This document shows, piece by piece, positions 1 through 14,300 of a stretch of DNA of 64,000 nucleotides. Made by a program: the position numbers and the translations under genes. Below the pieces are notes generated by a model. That model did no database searches, was not told the origin of the DNA, and saw nothing but the letters and a program-made list of their open reading frames with translations. The DNA comes from Eledone cirrhosa. Lineage: Eukaryota. The stretch's first letter is position 1; every line of letters starts with the position of its first letter. The stretch spans positions 375,596,001 through 375,660,000 of the forward strand of contig OZ024742.1 of NCBI GenBank assembly GCA_964016885.1, in the 5' to 3' direction.

Positions 1-3000
1 AGGTAGTAATGTTAAACTAGATAGTTTAAGTCTACCACCCAACACCCAAGTAGTAATGTTAAACTAGACAGATTAAGTCTACCACCCAACACCCAGGTAG
101 TAATGTTGAACTAGATAGTTTATGTCTACCACCCAACACCCAGGTAGTAATGTTAAACTAGACAGGTTAAGTCTACCACGCAACACCCAGGTAGTAATGT
201 TAAACTAGACAGGTTACGTCTACCACCCAACACCCAGGTAGTAATGTTAAACTAGACATTAAGTCTACCACACAACACCCAGGTAGTAATGTTAAACTAG
301 ACAGGTTAAGTCTACCACACAACACCCAGGTAGTAATGTTAAACTAGACATTAATTCTACCACCCACCACCCAGGTAGTAATGTTTAACTAGTCATTAAA
401 TCTACCACACAACACCCAGGTGGTAATGTTAAACTAGACATTAAGTGCACCACCCAACACCCAGGTAGTAATGTTAAACTAGACAGTTTATGTCTACCAC
501 CCAACACCCAGTTAGTAATGTTAAACTAGACATTAAGTCTACCACACAACACCCAGGTGGTAATGTTAAACTAGGCATTAAGTCTACCACCCAACACCCA
601 GGTAGTAATGTTAAACTAGACAGTTTAAGTCTACCACCCAACACCCAGGTGGTAATGTTAAATTAGACATTAAGTCTACCACCCAACACCCAGGTGGTAA
701 TGTTAAACTAGACATGAAGTCTACCACCCAACACCCAGGTAGTAATTTTAAACTAGATAGTTTAAGTCTACCACCCAACACCCAGGTATTAATATTAAAC
801 TAGACAGGTTAAGTCTACCACCCACCACCCAGGTAGTAATGTTAAACTAGACATATTAAGTCTACCACCCAACACCCAGGTAGTAATGTTAAACTAGATA
901 GTTTATGTCTACCACCCAACACCCAGGTAGTAACGTTAAACTAGACAGGTTAAGTCTACCACCCAACACCCAGGTAGTAATGTTAAACTAGACAGGTTAA
1001 GTCTACCACCCAAAACACCCAGGTAGTAATGTTAAACTAGACATTAAGTCTACCACTCAACACCCAGGTAGTAATATTAAACTAGACAGTTTAAGTCTAC
1101 CACCCAACAACCAGGTAGTAATGTTAAACTATACAGGTTAAGTCTACCACACAACACCCAGGTAGTAATGTTAAACCAGACATTAAGTCTACCACACAAC
1201 ACCCAGGTAGTAATGTTAAACTAGACATTAAGTCTACCACCCAACACCCAGGTGGTAATGTTAAACTAGACAATAAATCTACCACACAACACCCAGCTGG
1301 TAATGTTAAACTAGACATTAAGTCTTCCACCCAACACCCAGGTAGTAATGTTAAACTAGATAGTTTAAGTCTACCACCCAACACCCAAGTAGTAATGTTA
1401 AACTAGACAGATTAAGTCTACCACCCAACACCCAGGTAGTAATGTTAAACTAGATAGTTTATGTCTACCACCCAACACCCAGGTAGTAATGTTAAACTAG
1501 ACAGGTTAAGTCTACCACCCAACACCCAGGTAGTAATGTTAAACTAGACAGGTTAAGTCTACCACCCAACACCCACGTAGTAATGTTAAACTAGACATTA
1601 AGTCTACCACCCAACACCCAGGTAGTAATATTAAACTAGACAGGTTAAGTCTACCACCCAACAGCCAGGTAGTAATGTTAAACTAGACAGATTAAGTCTA
1701 CCACCCAACAGCCAGGTAGTAATGTTAAACTAGACAGATTAAGTCTACCACCTAACACCCAGGTAGTAATGTTAAACTAGACAGTTTAAGTCTACCACCC
1801 AACAACCAGGTAGTAATGTTAAACTAGATAGGTTAAGTCTACCACCCAACACCCAGGTAGTAATGTTAAACTAGACAGTTTATGTCTACCACCCAACACC
1901 CAGGTAGTAATGTTAAACTAGACAGGTTAAGTCTACCACCCAACACCCAGGTAGTAATGTTAAACTAGACAGGTTAAGGCTACCACCCAACACCCACGTA
2001 GTAATGTTAAACTAGACATTAAGTCTACCACCCAACACCCAGGTAGTAATATTAAACTAGACAGGTTAAGTCTACCACCCAACAGCCAGGTAGTAATGTT
2101 AAACTAGACAGAATAAGTCTACCACCCAACAGCCAGGTAGTAATGTTAAACTAGACAGATTAAGTCTACCACCCCAACACCCAGGTAGTAATGTTAAACT
2201 AGACAGGTTAAGTCTACCACCCAACACCCAGGTAGTAATGTTAATCTAGACATTTAGTCTACCACACAACACCCAGGTAGTAATGTTAAACTAGACATTA
2301 ATTCTACCACCCACCACCCAGGTAGTAATGTTTAACTAGTCATTAAGTCTACCACACAACACCCAGGTGGTAATGTTAAACTAGACATTAAGTGTACCAC
2401 CCAACACCCAGGTAGTAATGTTAAACTAGACAGTTTATGTCTACCACCCAACACCCAGTTAGTAATGTTAAACTAGACATTAAGTCTACCACACAACACC
2501 CAGGTGGTAATGTTAAACTAGGCATTAAGTCTACCACCCAACACCCAGGTAGTAATGTTAAACTAGACAGTTTAAGTCTACCACCCAACACCCAGGTTGT
2601 AATGTTAAATTAGACATTAAGTCTACCACCCAACACCCAGGTGGTAATGTTAAACTTGACATGAAGTCTACCACCCAACACCCAGGTAGTAATTTTAAAC
2701 TAGATAGTTTAAGTCTACCACCCAACACCCAGGTATTAATATTAAACTAGACAGGTTAAGTCTACCACCCACCACCCAGGTAGTAATGTTAAACTAGACA
2801 GATTAAGTCTACCACCCAACACCCAGGTAGTAATGTTAAACTAGACAGGTTAAGTCTACCACCCAAAACACCCAGGTAGTAATGTTAAACTAGACATTAA
2901 GTCTACCACCCAACACCCAGGTAGTAATATTAAACTAGACAGTTTAAGTCTACCACCCAACAACCAGGTAGTAATGTTAAACTAGATAGGTTATGTCTAC

Positions 3001-5597
3001 CACCCAACACCCAGGTAGTAACGTTAAACTAGACAGGTTAAGTCTACCACCCAACACCCAGGTAGTAATGTTAAACTAGACAGGTTAAGTCTACCACCCA
3101 AAACACCCAGGTAGTAATGTTAAACTAGACATTAAGTCTACCACCCAACACCCAGTTAGTAATATTAAACTAGACAGTTTAAGTCTACCACCCAACAACC
3201 AGGTAGTAATGTTAAACTAGATAGGTTAAGTCTACCACCCAACAACCAGGTAGTAATGTTAAACTAGACAGGTTAAGTCTACCACACAACACCCAGGTAG
3301 TAATGTTAAACCAGACATTAAGTCTACCACACAACACCCAGGTAGTAATGTTAAACTAGACAGATTAAGTCTACCACCCAACACCCAGGTGGTAATGTTA
3401 AACTAGACAATAAATCTACCACCCAACACCCAGGTGGTAATGTTAAACTAGACATTAAGTCTACCACCCAACACCCAGGTGTTAATGTTAAACTAGACAT
3501 TACGTCTACCACACAACACCCAGGTGGTAATGTTAAACTAGACATTAAGCGTACCACCCAACAACCAGGTAGTAATGTTAAACTAGACATTAAGTCTACC
3601 ACCCAACACCCAGGTAGTAATGTTAAACTAGACATTAAGTCTACCACCCAACACCCAGGTGGTAATGTTAAACTAGACATTAAGTCTACCACCCAACACC
3701 CAGGTGGTAATGTTAAACTAGACATTAAGTCTTCCACCCAACACCCAGGTAGTAATGTTAAACTAGATAGTTTAAGTCTACCACCCAACACCCAAGTAGT
3801 AATGTTAAACTAGACAGATTAAGTCTACCACCCAACACCCAGGTAGTAATGTTGAACTAGATAGTTTATGTCTACCACCCAACACCCAGGTAGTAATGTT
3901 AAACTAGACAGGTTAAGTCTACCACGCAACACCCAGGTAGTAATGTTAAACTAGACAGGTTACGTCTACCACCCAACACCCAGGTAGTAATGTTAAACTA
4001 GACATTAAGTCTACCACACAACACCCAGGTAGTAATGTTAAACTAGACAGGTTAAGTCTACCACACAACACCCAGGTAGTAATGTTAAACTAGACATTAA
4101 TTCTACCACCCACCACCCAGGTAGTAATGTTTAACTAGTCATTAAATCTACCACACAACACCCAGGTGGTAATGTTAAACTAGACATTAAGTGCACCACC
4201 CAACACCCAGGTAGTAATGTTAAACTAGACAGTTTATGTCTACCACCCAACACCCAGTTAGTAATGTTAAACTAGACATTAAGTCTACCACACAACACCC
4301 AGGTGGTAATGTTAAACTAGGCATTAAGTCTACCACCCAACACCCAGGTAGTAATGTTAAACTAGACAGTTTAAGTCTACCACCCAACACCCAGGTGGTA
4401 ATGTTAAATTAGACATTAAGTCTACCACCCAACACCCAGGTGGTAATGTTAAACTAGACATGAAGTCTACCACCCAACACCCAGGTAGTAATTTTAAACT
4501 AGATAGTTTAAGTCTACCACCCAACACCCAGGTATTAATATTAAACTAGACAGGTTAAGTCTACCACCCACCACCCAGGTAGTAATGTTAAACTAGACAT
4601 ATTAAGTCTACCACCCAACACCCAGGTAGTAATGTTAAACTAGATAGTTTATGTCTACCACCCAACACCCAGGTAGTAACGTTAAACTAGACAGGTTAAG
4701 TCTACCACCCAACACCCAGGTAGTAATGTTAAACTAGACAGGTTAAGTCTACCACCCAAAACACCCAGGTAGTAATGTTAAACTAGACATTAAGTCTACC
4801 ACTCAACACCCAGGTAGTAATATTAAACTAGACAGTTTAAGTCTACCACCCAACAACCAGGTAGTAATGTTAAACTATACAGGTTAAGTCTACCACACAA
4901 CACCCAGGTAGTAATGTTAAACCAGACATTAAGTCTACCACACAACACCCAGGTAGTAATGTTAAACTAGACATTAAGTCTACCACCCAACACCCAGGTG
5001 GTAATGTTAAACTAGACAATAAATCTACCACACAACACCCAGCTGGTAATGTTAAACTAGACATTAAGTCTTCCACCCAACACCCAGGTAGTAATGTTAA
5101 ACTAGATAGTTTAAGTCTACCACCCAACACCCAAGTAGTAATGTTAAACTAGACAGATTAAGTCTACCACCCAACACCCAGGTAGTAATGTTAAACTAGA
5201 TAGTTTATGTCTACCACCCAACACCCAGGTAGTAATGTTAAACTAGACAGGTTAAGTCTACCACCCAACACCCAGGTAGTAATGTTAAACTAGACAGGTT
5301 AAGTCTACCACCCAACACCCACGTAGTAATGTTAAACTAGACATTAAGTCTACCACCCAACACCCAGGTAGTAATATTAAACTAGACAGGTTAAGTCTAC
5401 CACCCAACAGCCAGGTAGTAATGTTAAACTAGACAGATTAAGTCTACCACCCAACAGCCAGGTAGTAATGTTAAACTAGACAGATTAAGTCTACCACCTA
5501 ACACCCAGGTAGTAATGTTAAACTAGACAGTTTAAGTCTACCACCCAACAACCAGGTAGTAATGTTAAACTAGATAGGTTAAGTCTACCACCCAACA
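1..5597 (+). repeat. Higher-order duplication: 1-~1851 recurs at 3747-~5597 (offset 3746)
   Basis: Identical ORFs at 1124 and 4870. Shared private variants GTTGAACTAG, ACCACGCAAC, AGGTTACGTC, AAGTGCACC, AAACTATACAG and CCCAGCTGGT lie at the same offset. Confidence 0.9.
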
Positions 5598-8359
5598 ACC
5601 AGATAGTAATGTTAAACTAGACAGGTTAAGTCTACCACACAACACCCAGGTAGTAATGTTAAACGAGACATTAAGTCTACCACACAACACCCAGGTAGTA
5701 ATGTTAAACTAGACATTAAGTCTACCACCCAACACCCAGGTGGTAACGTTAAACTAGACAATAAATCTACCACACAACACCCAGGTGGTAATGTTAAACT
5801 AGACATTAAGTCTACCACCCAACACCCAGGTGGTAATGTTAAACTAGACATTACGTCTACCACACAACACCCAGGTGCTAACGTTAAACTAGACATTAAG
5901 TGTACCACCCAACAACCAGGTGGTAATGTTAAACTAGACATTAAGTCTACCACCCAACACCCAGGTAGTAATATTAAACTAGACAGGTTAAGTCTACCAC
6001 CCAACAACCAGGTAGTAATGTTAAACTAGATAGGTTAAGTCTACCACCCAACAAGCAGATAGTAATGTTAAACTAGACAGGTTAAGTCTACCATCCAACA
6101 CCAAGGTAGTAATGTTAAACTAGACAGATGAAGTCTACCACCCAACACCCAGGTAGTAATGTTAAACTAGACAGTTTAAGTCTACCACCCAACAACCAGG
6201 TAGTAATGTTAAACTAGATAGGTTAAGTCTACCACCCAACACACAGGTAGTAATGTTAAACTAGACAGGTTAAGTCTACCACACAACAACCAGGTAGTAA
6301 TGTTAAACTAGACATTAAGTCTACCATCCAACACCCAGGTAATAATGATAAACTAGACATTAAGTCTACCACCCAACACCCAGGTGGTAATGTTAAACTA
6401 GACATTACGTCTACCACACAACACCCAGGTGCTAACGTTAAACTAGACATTAAGTGTACCACCCAACAACCAGGTAGTGATGTTAAACTAAACATTAAGT
6501 CTACCACACAACATGCAGGTGGTAATGTTAAACTAGACAAATTAAGTCTATCACCCAACACCCAGGTAGTAATGTTAAACTAGATAGTTGAAGTCTACCC
6601 CCCAACAACCAGGTGGTAATGTTAAACTAGACAGTTTATGTCTACCACCCAACACCCAGGTAGTAATGTTAAACTAGACATTAACTCTACCACCCAACAC
6701 CCAGGTAGTAATCTTAAACTAGACATTAACTCTACCACCCAACACCCAGGTAGTAATGTTAAACTAGACATTAAGTCTACCACACAACACCCAGGTAGTA
6801 ATGTAAAACTAGACAGCTTAAGTCTACCACACAACACCCAGGTAGTAATGTTTAACTAGTCATTAAGTCTACCACACAACACCCAGGTGGTAATGTTAAA
6901 CTAGACATTAAGTGTACCACCCAACACCCAGGTAGTAATGTTAAACTAGACAGTTTATGTCTACCACCCAACACCCAGTTAGTAATGTTAAACTAGACAT
7001 TAAGTCTACCACACAACACGCAGGTGGTAATGTTAAACTAGGCATTAAGTCTACCACCCAACACCCAGGTAGTAATGTTAAACTAGACATGAAGTCTACC
7101 ACCCAACACCCAGGTAGTAATTTTAAACTAGATAGTTTAAGTCTACCACCCAACACCCAGGTATTAATATTAAACTAGACAGGTTAAGTCTACCACCCAC
7201 CACCCAGGTAGTAATGTTAAACTAGACAGATTAAGTCTACCACCTAACACCCAGGTAGTAACGTTAAACTAGATAGTTTATGTCTACCACCCAACACCCA
7301 GGTAGTAACGTTAAACTAGACAGGTTAAGTCTACCACCCAACACCCAGGTAGTAATGTTAAACTAGACAGGTTAAGTCTACCACCCAAAACACCCAGGTA
7401 GTAATGTTAAACTAGACATTAAGTCTACCACCCAACACCCAGGTTGTAATATTAAACTAGACAGTTTAAGTCTACCACCCAACAACCAGGTAGTAATGTT
7501 AAACTAGATAGGTTAAGTCTACCACCCAACAACCAGGTAGTAATGTTAAACTAGACAGGTTAAGTCTACCACACAACACCCAGGTAGTAATATTAAACCA
7601 GACATTAAGTCTACCACACAACACCCAGGTAGTAATGTTAAACTAGACATTAAGTCTACCACCCAACACCCAGGTGGTAATGTTAAACTAGACAATAAAT
7701 CTACCACACAACACCCAGGTGGTAATGTTAAACCAGACATTAAGTCTACCACCCAACACCCAGGTGTTAATGTTAAACTAGACATTACGTCTACCACACA
7801 ACACCCAGGTGGTAATGTTAAACTAGACATTAAGTGTACCACCCAACAACCAGGTAGTAATGTTAAACTAGACATTAAGTCTACCACCCAACACCCAGGT
7901 AGTAATGTTAAACTAGACATTAAGTCTACCACACAACACCCAGGTGGTAATGTTAAACTAGACATTAAGTCTACCACCCAACACCCAGGTAGTAATGTTA
8001 AACTAGACATTAAGTCTACCACCCAACACCCAGGTGGTAATGTTAAACTAGACATTAAGTCTACCACCCAACACCCAGGTGGTAATGTTAAACTAGACAT
8101 TAAGTCTTCAACCCAACACCCAGGTAGTAATGTTAAACTAGATAGTTTAAGTCTACCACCCAACACCCAAGTAGTAATGTTAAACTAGACAGATTAAGTC
8201 TACCACCCAACACCCAGGTAGTAATGTTAAACTAGATAGTTTATGTCTACCACCCAACACCCAGGTAGTAATGTTAAACTAGACAGGTTAAGTCTACCAC
8301 CCAACACCCAGGTAGTAATGTTAAACTAGACAGGTTAAGTCTACCACCCAACACCTAGG

Positions 8360-11300
8360 TAGTAATGTTAAACTAGACATTAAGTCTACCACACAACACC
8401 CAGGTAGTAATGTTAAACTAGACAGGTTAAGTCTACCACACAACACCCAGGTAGTAATGTTAAACTAGACATTAATTCTACCACCCACCACCCAGGTAGT
8501 AATGTTTAACTAGTCATTAAATCTACCACACAACACCCAGGTGGTAATGTTAAACTAGACATTAAGTGTACCACCCAACACCCAGGTAGTAATGTTAAAC
8601 TAGACAGTTTATGTCTACCACCCAACACCCAGTTAGTAATGTTAAACTAGACATTATGTCTACCACACAACACCCAGGTGGTAATGTTAAATTAGACATT
8701 AAGTCTACCACCCAACACCCAGGTAGTAATGTTAAACTAGACATGAAGTCTACCACCCAACACCCAGGTAGTAATTTTAAACTAGATAGTTTAAGTCTAC
8801 CACCCAACACCCAGGTATTAATATTAAACTAGACAGGTTAAGTCTACCACCCACCACCCAGGTAGTAATGTTAAACTAGACAGATTAAGTCTACCACCCA
8901 ACACCCAGGTAGTAACGTTAAACTAGATAGTTTATGTCTACCACCCAACACCCAGGTAGTAACGTTAAACTAGACAGGTTAAGTCTACCACCCAACACCC
9001 AGGTAGTAATGTTAAACTAGACAGGTTAAGTCTACCACCCAAAACACCCAGGTAGTAATGTTAAACTAGACATTAAGTCTACCACCCAACACCCAGGTAG
9101 TAATATTAAACTAGACAGTTTAAGTCTACCACCCAACAACCAGGTAGTAATGTTAAACTAGATAGGTTAAGTCTACCACACAACACCCAGGTAGTAATGT
9201 TAAACCAGAGATTAAGTCTACCACCCAACACCCAGGTGTTAATGTTAAACTAGACATTACGTCTACCACACAACACCCAGGTAGTAATGTTAAACTAGAC
9301 ATTAAGTCTACCACACAACACCCAGGTAGTAATGTTAAACTAGACATTAAGTCTACCACCCAACACCCAGGTGGTAACGTTAAACTAGACAATAAATCTA
9401 CCACACAACACCCAGGTGGTAATGTTAAACTAGACATTAAGTCTACCACCCAAAACCCAGGTGGTAATGTTAAACTAGACATTACGTCTACCACACAACA
9501 CCCAGGTGCTAACGTTAAACTAGACATTAAGTGTACCACCCAACAACCAGGTGGTAATGTTAAACTAGACATTAAGTCTACCACCCAACACCCAGGTAGT
9601 AATATTAAACTAGACAGGTTAAGTCTACCACCCAACAACCAGGTAGTAATGTTAAACTAGATAGGTTAAGTCTACCACCCAACAACCAGATAGTAATGTT
9701 AAACTAGACAGGTTAAGTCTACCATCCAACACCAAGGTAGTAATGTTAAACTAGACAGATTAAGTCTACCACCCAACAACCAGGTAGTAATGTTAAACTA
9801 GATAGGTTAAGTCTACCACCCAACACACAGGTAGTAATGTTAAACTAGACAGGTTAAGTCTACCACACAACAACCAGGTAGTAATGTTAAACTAGACATT
9901 AAGTCTACCATCCAACACCCAGGTAATAATGATAAACTAGACATTAAGTCTACCACCCAACACCCAGGTGGTAATGTTAAACTAGACATTACGTCTACCA
10001 CACAACACCCAGGTGCTAACGTTAAACTAGACATTAAGTGTACCACCCAACAACCAGGTAGTGATGTTAAACTAGACATTAAGTCTACCACCCAACACCC
10101 AGGTAGTAATGTTAAACTAGACATTAAGTCTACCACACAACATGCAGGTGGTAATGTTAAACTAGACAAATTAAGTCTATCACCCAACACCCAGGTAGTA
10201 ATGTTAAACTAGATAGTTGAAGTCTACCCCCCAACAACCAGGTGGTAATGTTAAACTAGACAGTTTATGTCTACCACCCAACACCCAGGTAGTAATGTTA
10301 AACTAGACATTAACTCTACCACCCAACACCCAGGTAGTAATCTTAAACTAGACATTAACTCTACCACCCAACACCCAGGTAGTAATGTTAAACTAGACAT
10401 TAAGTCTACCACCCCAACACCCAGGTAGTAATGTTAAACTAGACAGGTTAAGTCTACCACCCAACACCCAGGTAGTAATGTTAAACTAGACATTAAGTCT
10501 ACCACACAACACCCAGGTAGTAATGTAAAACTAGACAGGTTAAGTCTACCACACAACACCCAGGTAGTAATGTTTAACTAGTCATTAAGTCTACCACACA
10601 ACACCCAGGTGGTAATGTTAAACTAGACATTAAGTGTACCACCCAACACCCAGGTAGTAATGTTAAACTAGACAGTTTATGTCTACCACCCAACACCCAG
10701 TTAGTAATGTTAAACTAGACATTAAGTCTACCACACAACACGCAGGTGGTAATGTTAAACTAGGCATTAAGTCTACCACCCAACACCCAGGTAGTAATGT
10801 TAAACTAGACAGTTTAAGTCTACCACCCAACACCCAGGTGGTAATGTTAAATTAGACATTAAGTCTACCACCCAACACCCAGGTAGTAATGTTAAACTAG
10901 ACATGAAGTCTACCACCCAACACCCAGGTAGTAATATTAAACTAGACAGGTTAAGTCTACCACCCAACACCCAAGTAGTAATGTTAAACTAGACAGATTA
11001 AGTCTACCACCCAACACCCAGGTAGTAATGTTAAACTAGATAGTTTATGTCTACCACCCAACACCCAGGTAGTAATTTTAAACTAGACAGGTTAAGTCTA
11101 CCACCCAACACCCAGGTAGTAATGTTAAACTAGACAGGTTAAGTCTACCACCCAAAACACCCAGGTAGTAATGTTAAACTAGACATTAAGTCTACCACCC
11201 AACACCCAGGTAGTAATATTAAACTAGACAGTTTAAGTCTACCACCCAACAACCAGGTAGTAATGTTAAACTAGATAGGTTAAGTCTACCACCCAACAAC

Positions 11301-14300
11301 CAGGTAGTAATGTTAAACTAGACAGGTTAAGTCTACCACACAACACCCAGGTAGTAATGTTAAACCAGACATTAAGTCTACCACCCAACACCCAGGTAAT
11401 AATGTTAAACTAGACATTAAGTCTACCACCCAACACCCAGGTGGTAATGTTAAACTAGACAATAAATCTACCACACAACACCCAGGTGGTAATGTTAAAC
11501 CAGACATTAAGTCTACCACCCAACACCCAGGTGTTAATGTTAAACTAGACATTACGTCTACCACACAACACCCATGTGGTAATGTTAAACTAGACATTAA
11601 GTGTACCACCCAACAACCAGGTAGTAATGTTAAACTAGACATTAAGTCTACCACCCAACACCCAGGTAGTAATGTTAAACTAGACATTAAGTCTACCACA
11701 CAACACCCAGGTGGTAATGTTAAACTAGACATTAAGTCTACCACCCAACACCCAGGTAGTAATGTTAAACTAGACATTAAGTCTACCACCCAACACCCAG
11801 GTGGTAATGTTAAACTAGACATTAAGTCTACCACCCAACACCCAGGTGGTAATGTTAAACTAGACATTAAGTCTTCCACCCAACACCCAGATAGTAATGT
11901 TAAACTAGATAGTTTAAGTCTACCACCCAACACCCAAGTAGTAATGTTAAACTAGACAGATTAAGTCTACCACCCAACACCCAGGTAGTAATGTTAAACT
12001 AGATAGTTTATGTCTACCACCCAACACCCAGGTAGTAATGTTAAACTAGACAGGTTAAGTCTACCACCCAACACCCAGGTAGTAATGTTAAACTAGACAG
12101 GTTAAGTCTACCACCCAACACCCAGGTAGTAATGTTAAACTAGACATTAAGTCTACCACACAACACCCAGGTAGTAATGTTAAACTAGACAGGTTAAGTC
12201 TACCACACAACACCCAGGTAGTAATGTTAAACTAGACATTAATTCTACCACCCACCACCCAGGTAGTAATGTTAAACTAGACATGAAGTCTACCACCCAA
12301 CACCCAGGTAGTAATTTTAAACTAGATAGTTTAAGTCTACCACCCAACACCCAGGTATTAATATTAAACTAGACAGGTTAAGTCTACCACCCACCACCCA
12401 GGTAGTAATGTTAAACTAGACAGATTAAGTCTACCAGCCAACACCCAGGTAGTAACGTTAAACTAGATAGTTTATGTCTACCACCCAACACCCAGGTAGT
12501 AACGTTAAACTAGACAGGTTAAGTCTACCACCCAACACCCAGGTAGTAATGTTAAACTAGACAGGTTAAGTCTACCACCCAAAACACCCAGGTAGTAATG
12601 TTAAACTAGACATTAAGTCTACCACCCAACACCCAGGTAGTAATATTAAACTAGACAGTTTAAGTCTACCACCCAACAACCAGGTAGTAATGTTAAACTA
12701 GATAGGTTAAGTCTACCACCCAACAACCAGGTAGTAATGTTAAACTAGACAGGTTAAGTCTACCACACAACACCCAGGTAGTAATGTTAAACCAGACATT
12801 AAGTCTACCACACAACACCCAGGTAGTAATGTTAAACTAGACATTAAGTCTACCACCCAACACCCAGGTGGTAATGTTAAACTAGACAATAAATCTACCA
12901 CACAACACCCAGGTGGTAATGTTAAACCAGACATTAAGTCTACCACCCAACACCCAGGTGTTAATGTTAAACTAGACATTACGTCTACCACACAACACCC
13001 AGGTGGTAATGTTAAACTAGACATTAAGTGTACCACCCAACAACCAGGTAGTAATGTTAAACTAGACATTAAGTCTACCACCCAACACCCAGGTAGTAAT
13101 GTTAAACTAGACATTAAGTCTAGCACACAACACCCAGGTGGTAATGTTAAACTAGACATTAAGTCTACCACCCAACACCCAGGTAGTAATGTTAAACTAG
13201 ACATTAAGTCTACCACCCAACACCCAGGTGGTAATGTTAAACTAGACATTAAGTCTACCACCCAACACCCAGGTGGTAATGTTAAACTAGACATTAAGTC
13301 TTCCACCCAACACCCAGGTAGTAATGTTAAACTAGATAGTTTAAGTCTACCACCCAACACCCAAGTAGTAATGTTAAACTAGACAGATTAAGTCTACCAC
13401 CCAACACCCAGGTAGTAATGTTAAACTAGATAGTTTATGTCTACCACCCAACACCCAGGTAGTAATGTTAAACTAGACAGGTTAAGTCTACCACCCAACA
13501 CCCAGGTAGTAATGTTAAACTAGACAGGTTAAGTCTACCAGCCAACACCCAGGTAGTAATGTTAAACTAGACATTAAGTCTACCACACAACACCCAGGTA
13601 GTAATGTTAAACTAGACAGGTTAAGTCTACCACACAACACCCAGGTAGTAATGTTAAACTAGACATTAATTCTACCACCCACCACCCAGGTAGTAATGTT
13701 TAACTAGTCATTAAATCTACCACACAACACCCAGGTGGTAATGTTAAACTAGACATTAAGTGTACCACCCAACACCCAGGTAGTAATGTTAAACTAGACA
13801 GTTTATGTCTACCACCCAACACCCAGTTAGTAATGTTAAACTAGACATTAAGTCTACCACACAACACCCAGGTGGTAATGTTAAACTAGGCATTAAGTCT
13901 ACCACCCAACACCCAGGTAGTAATGTTAAACTAGACAGTTTAAGTCTACCACCCAACACCCAGGTGGTAATGTTAAATTAGACATTAAGTCTACCACCCA
14001 ACACCCAGGTGGTAATGTTAAACTAGACATGAAGTCTACCACCCAACACCCAGGTAGTAATTTTAAACTAGATAGTTTAAGTCTACCACCCAACACCCAG
14101 GTATTAATATTAAACTAGACAGGTTAAGTCTACCACCCACCACCCAGGTAGTAATGTTAAACTAGACATATTAAGTCTACCACCCAACACCCAGGTAGTA
14201 ATGTTAAACTAGATAGTTTATGTCTACTACCCAACACCCAGGTAGTAACGTTAAACTAGACAGGTTAAGTCTACCACCCAACACCCAGGTAGTAATGTTA

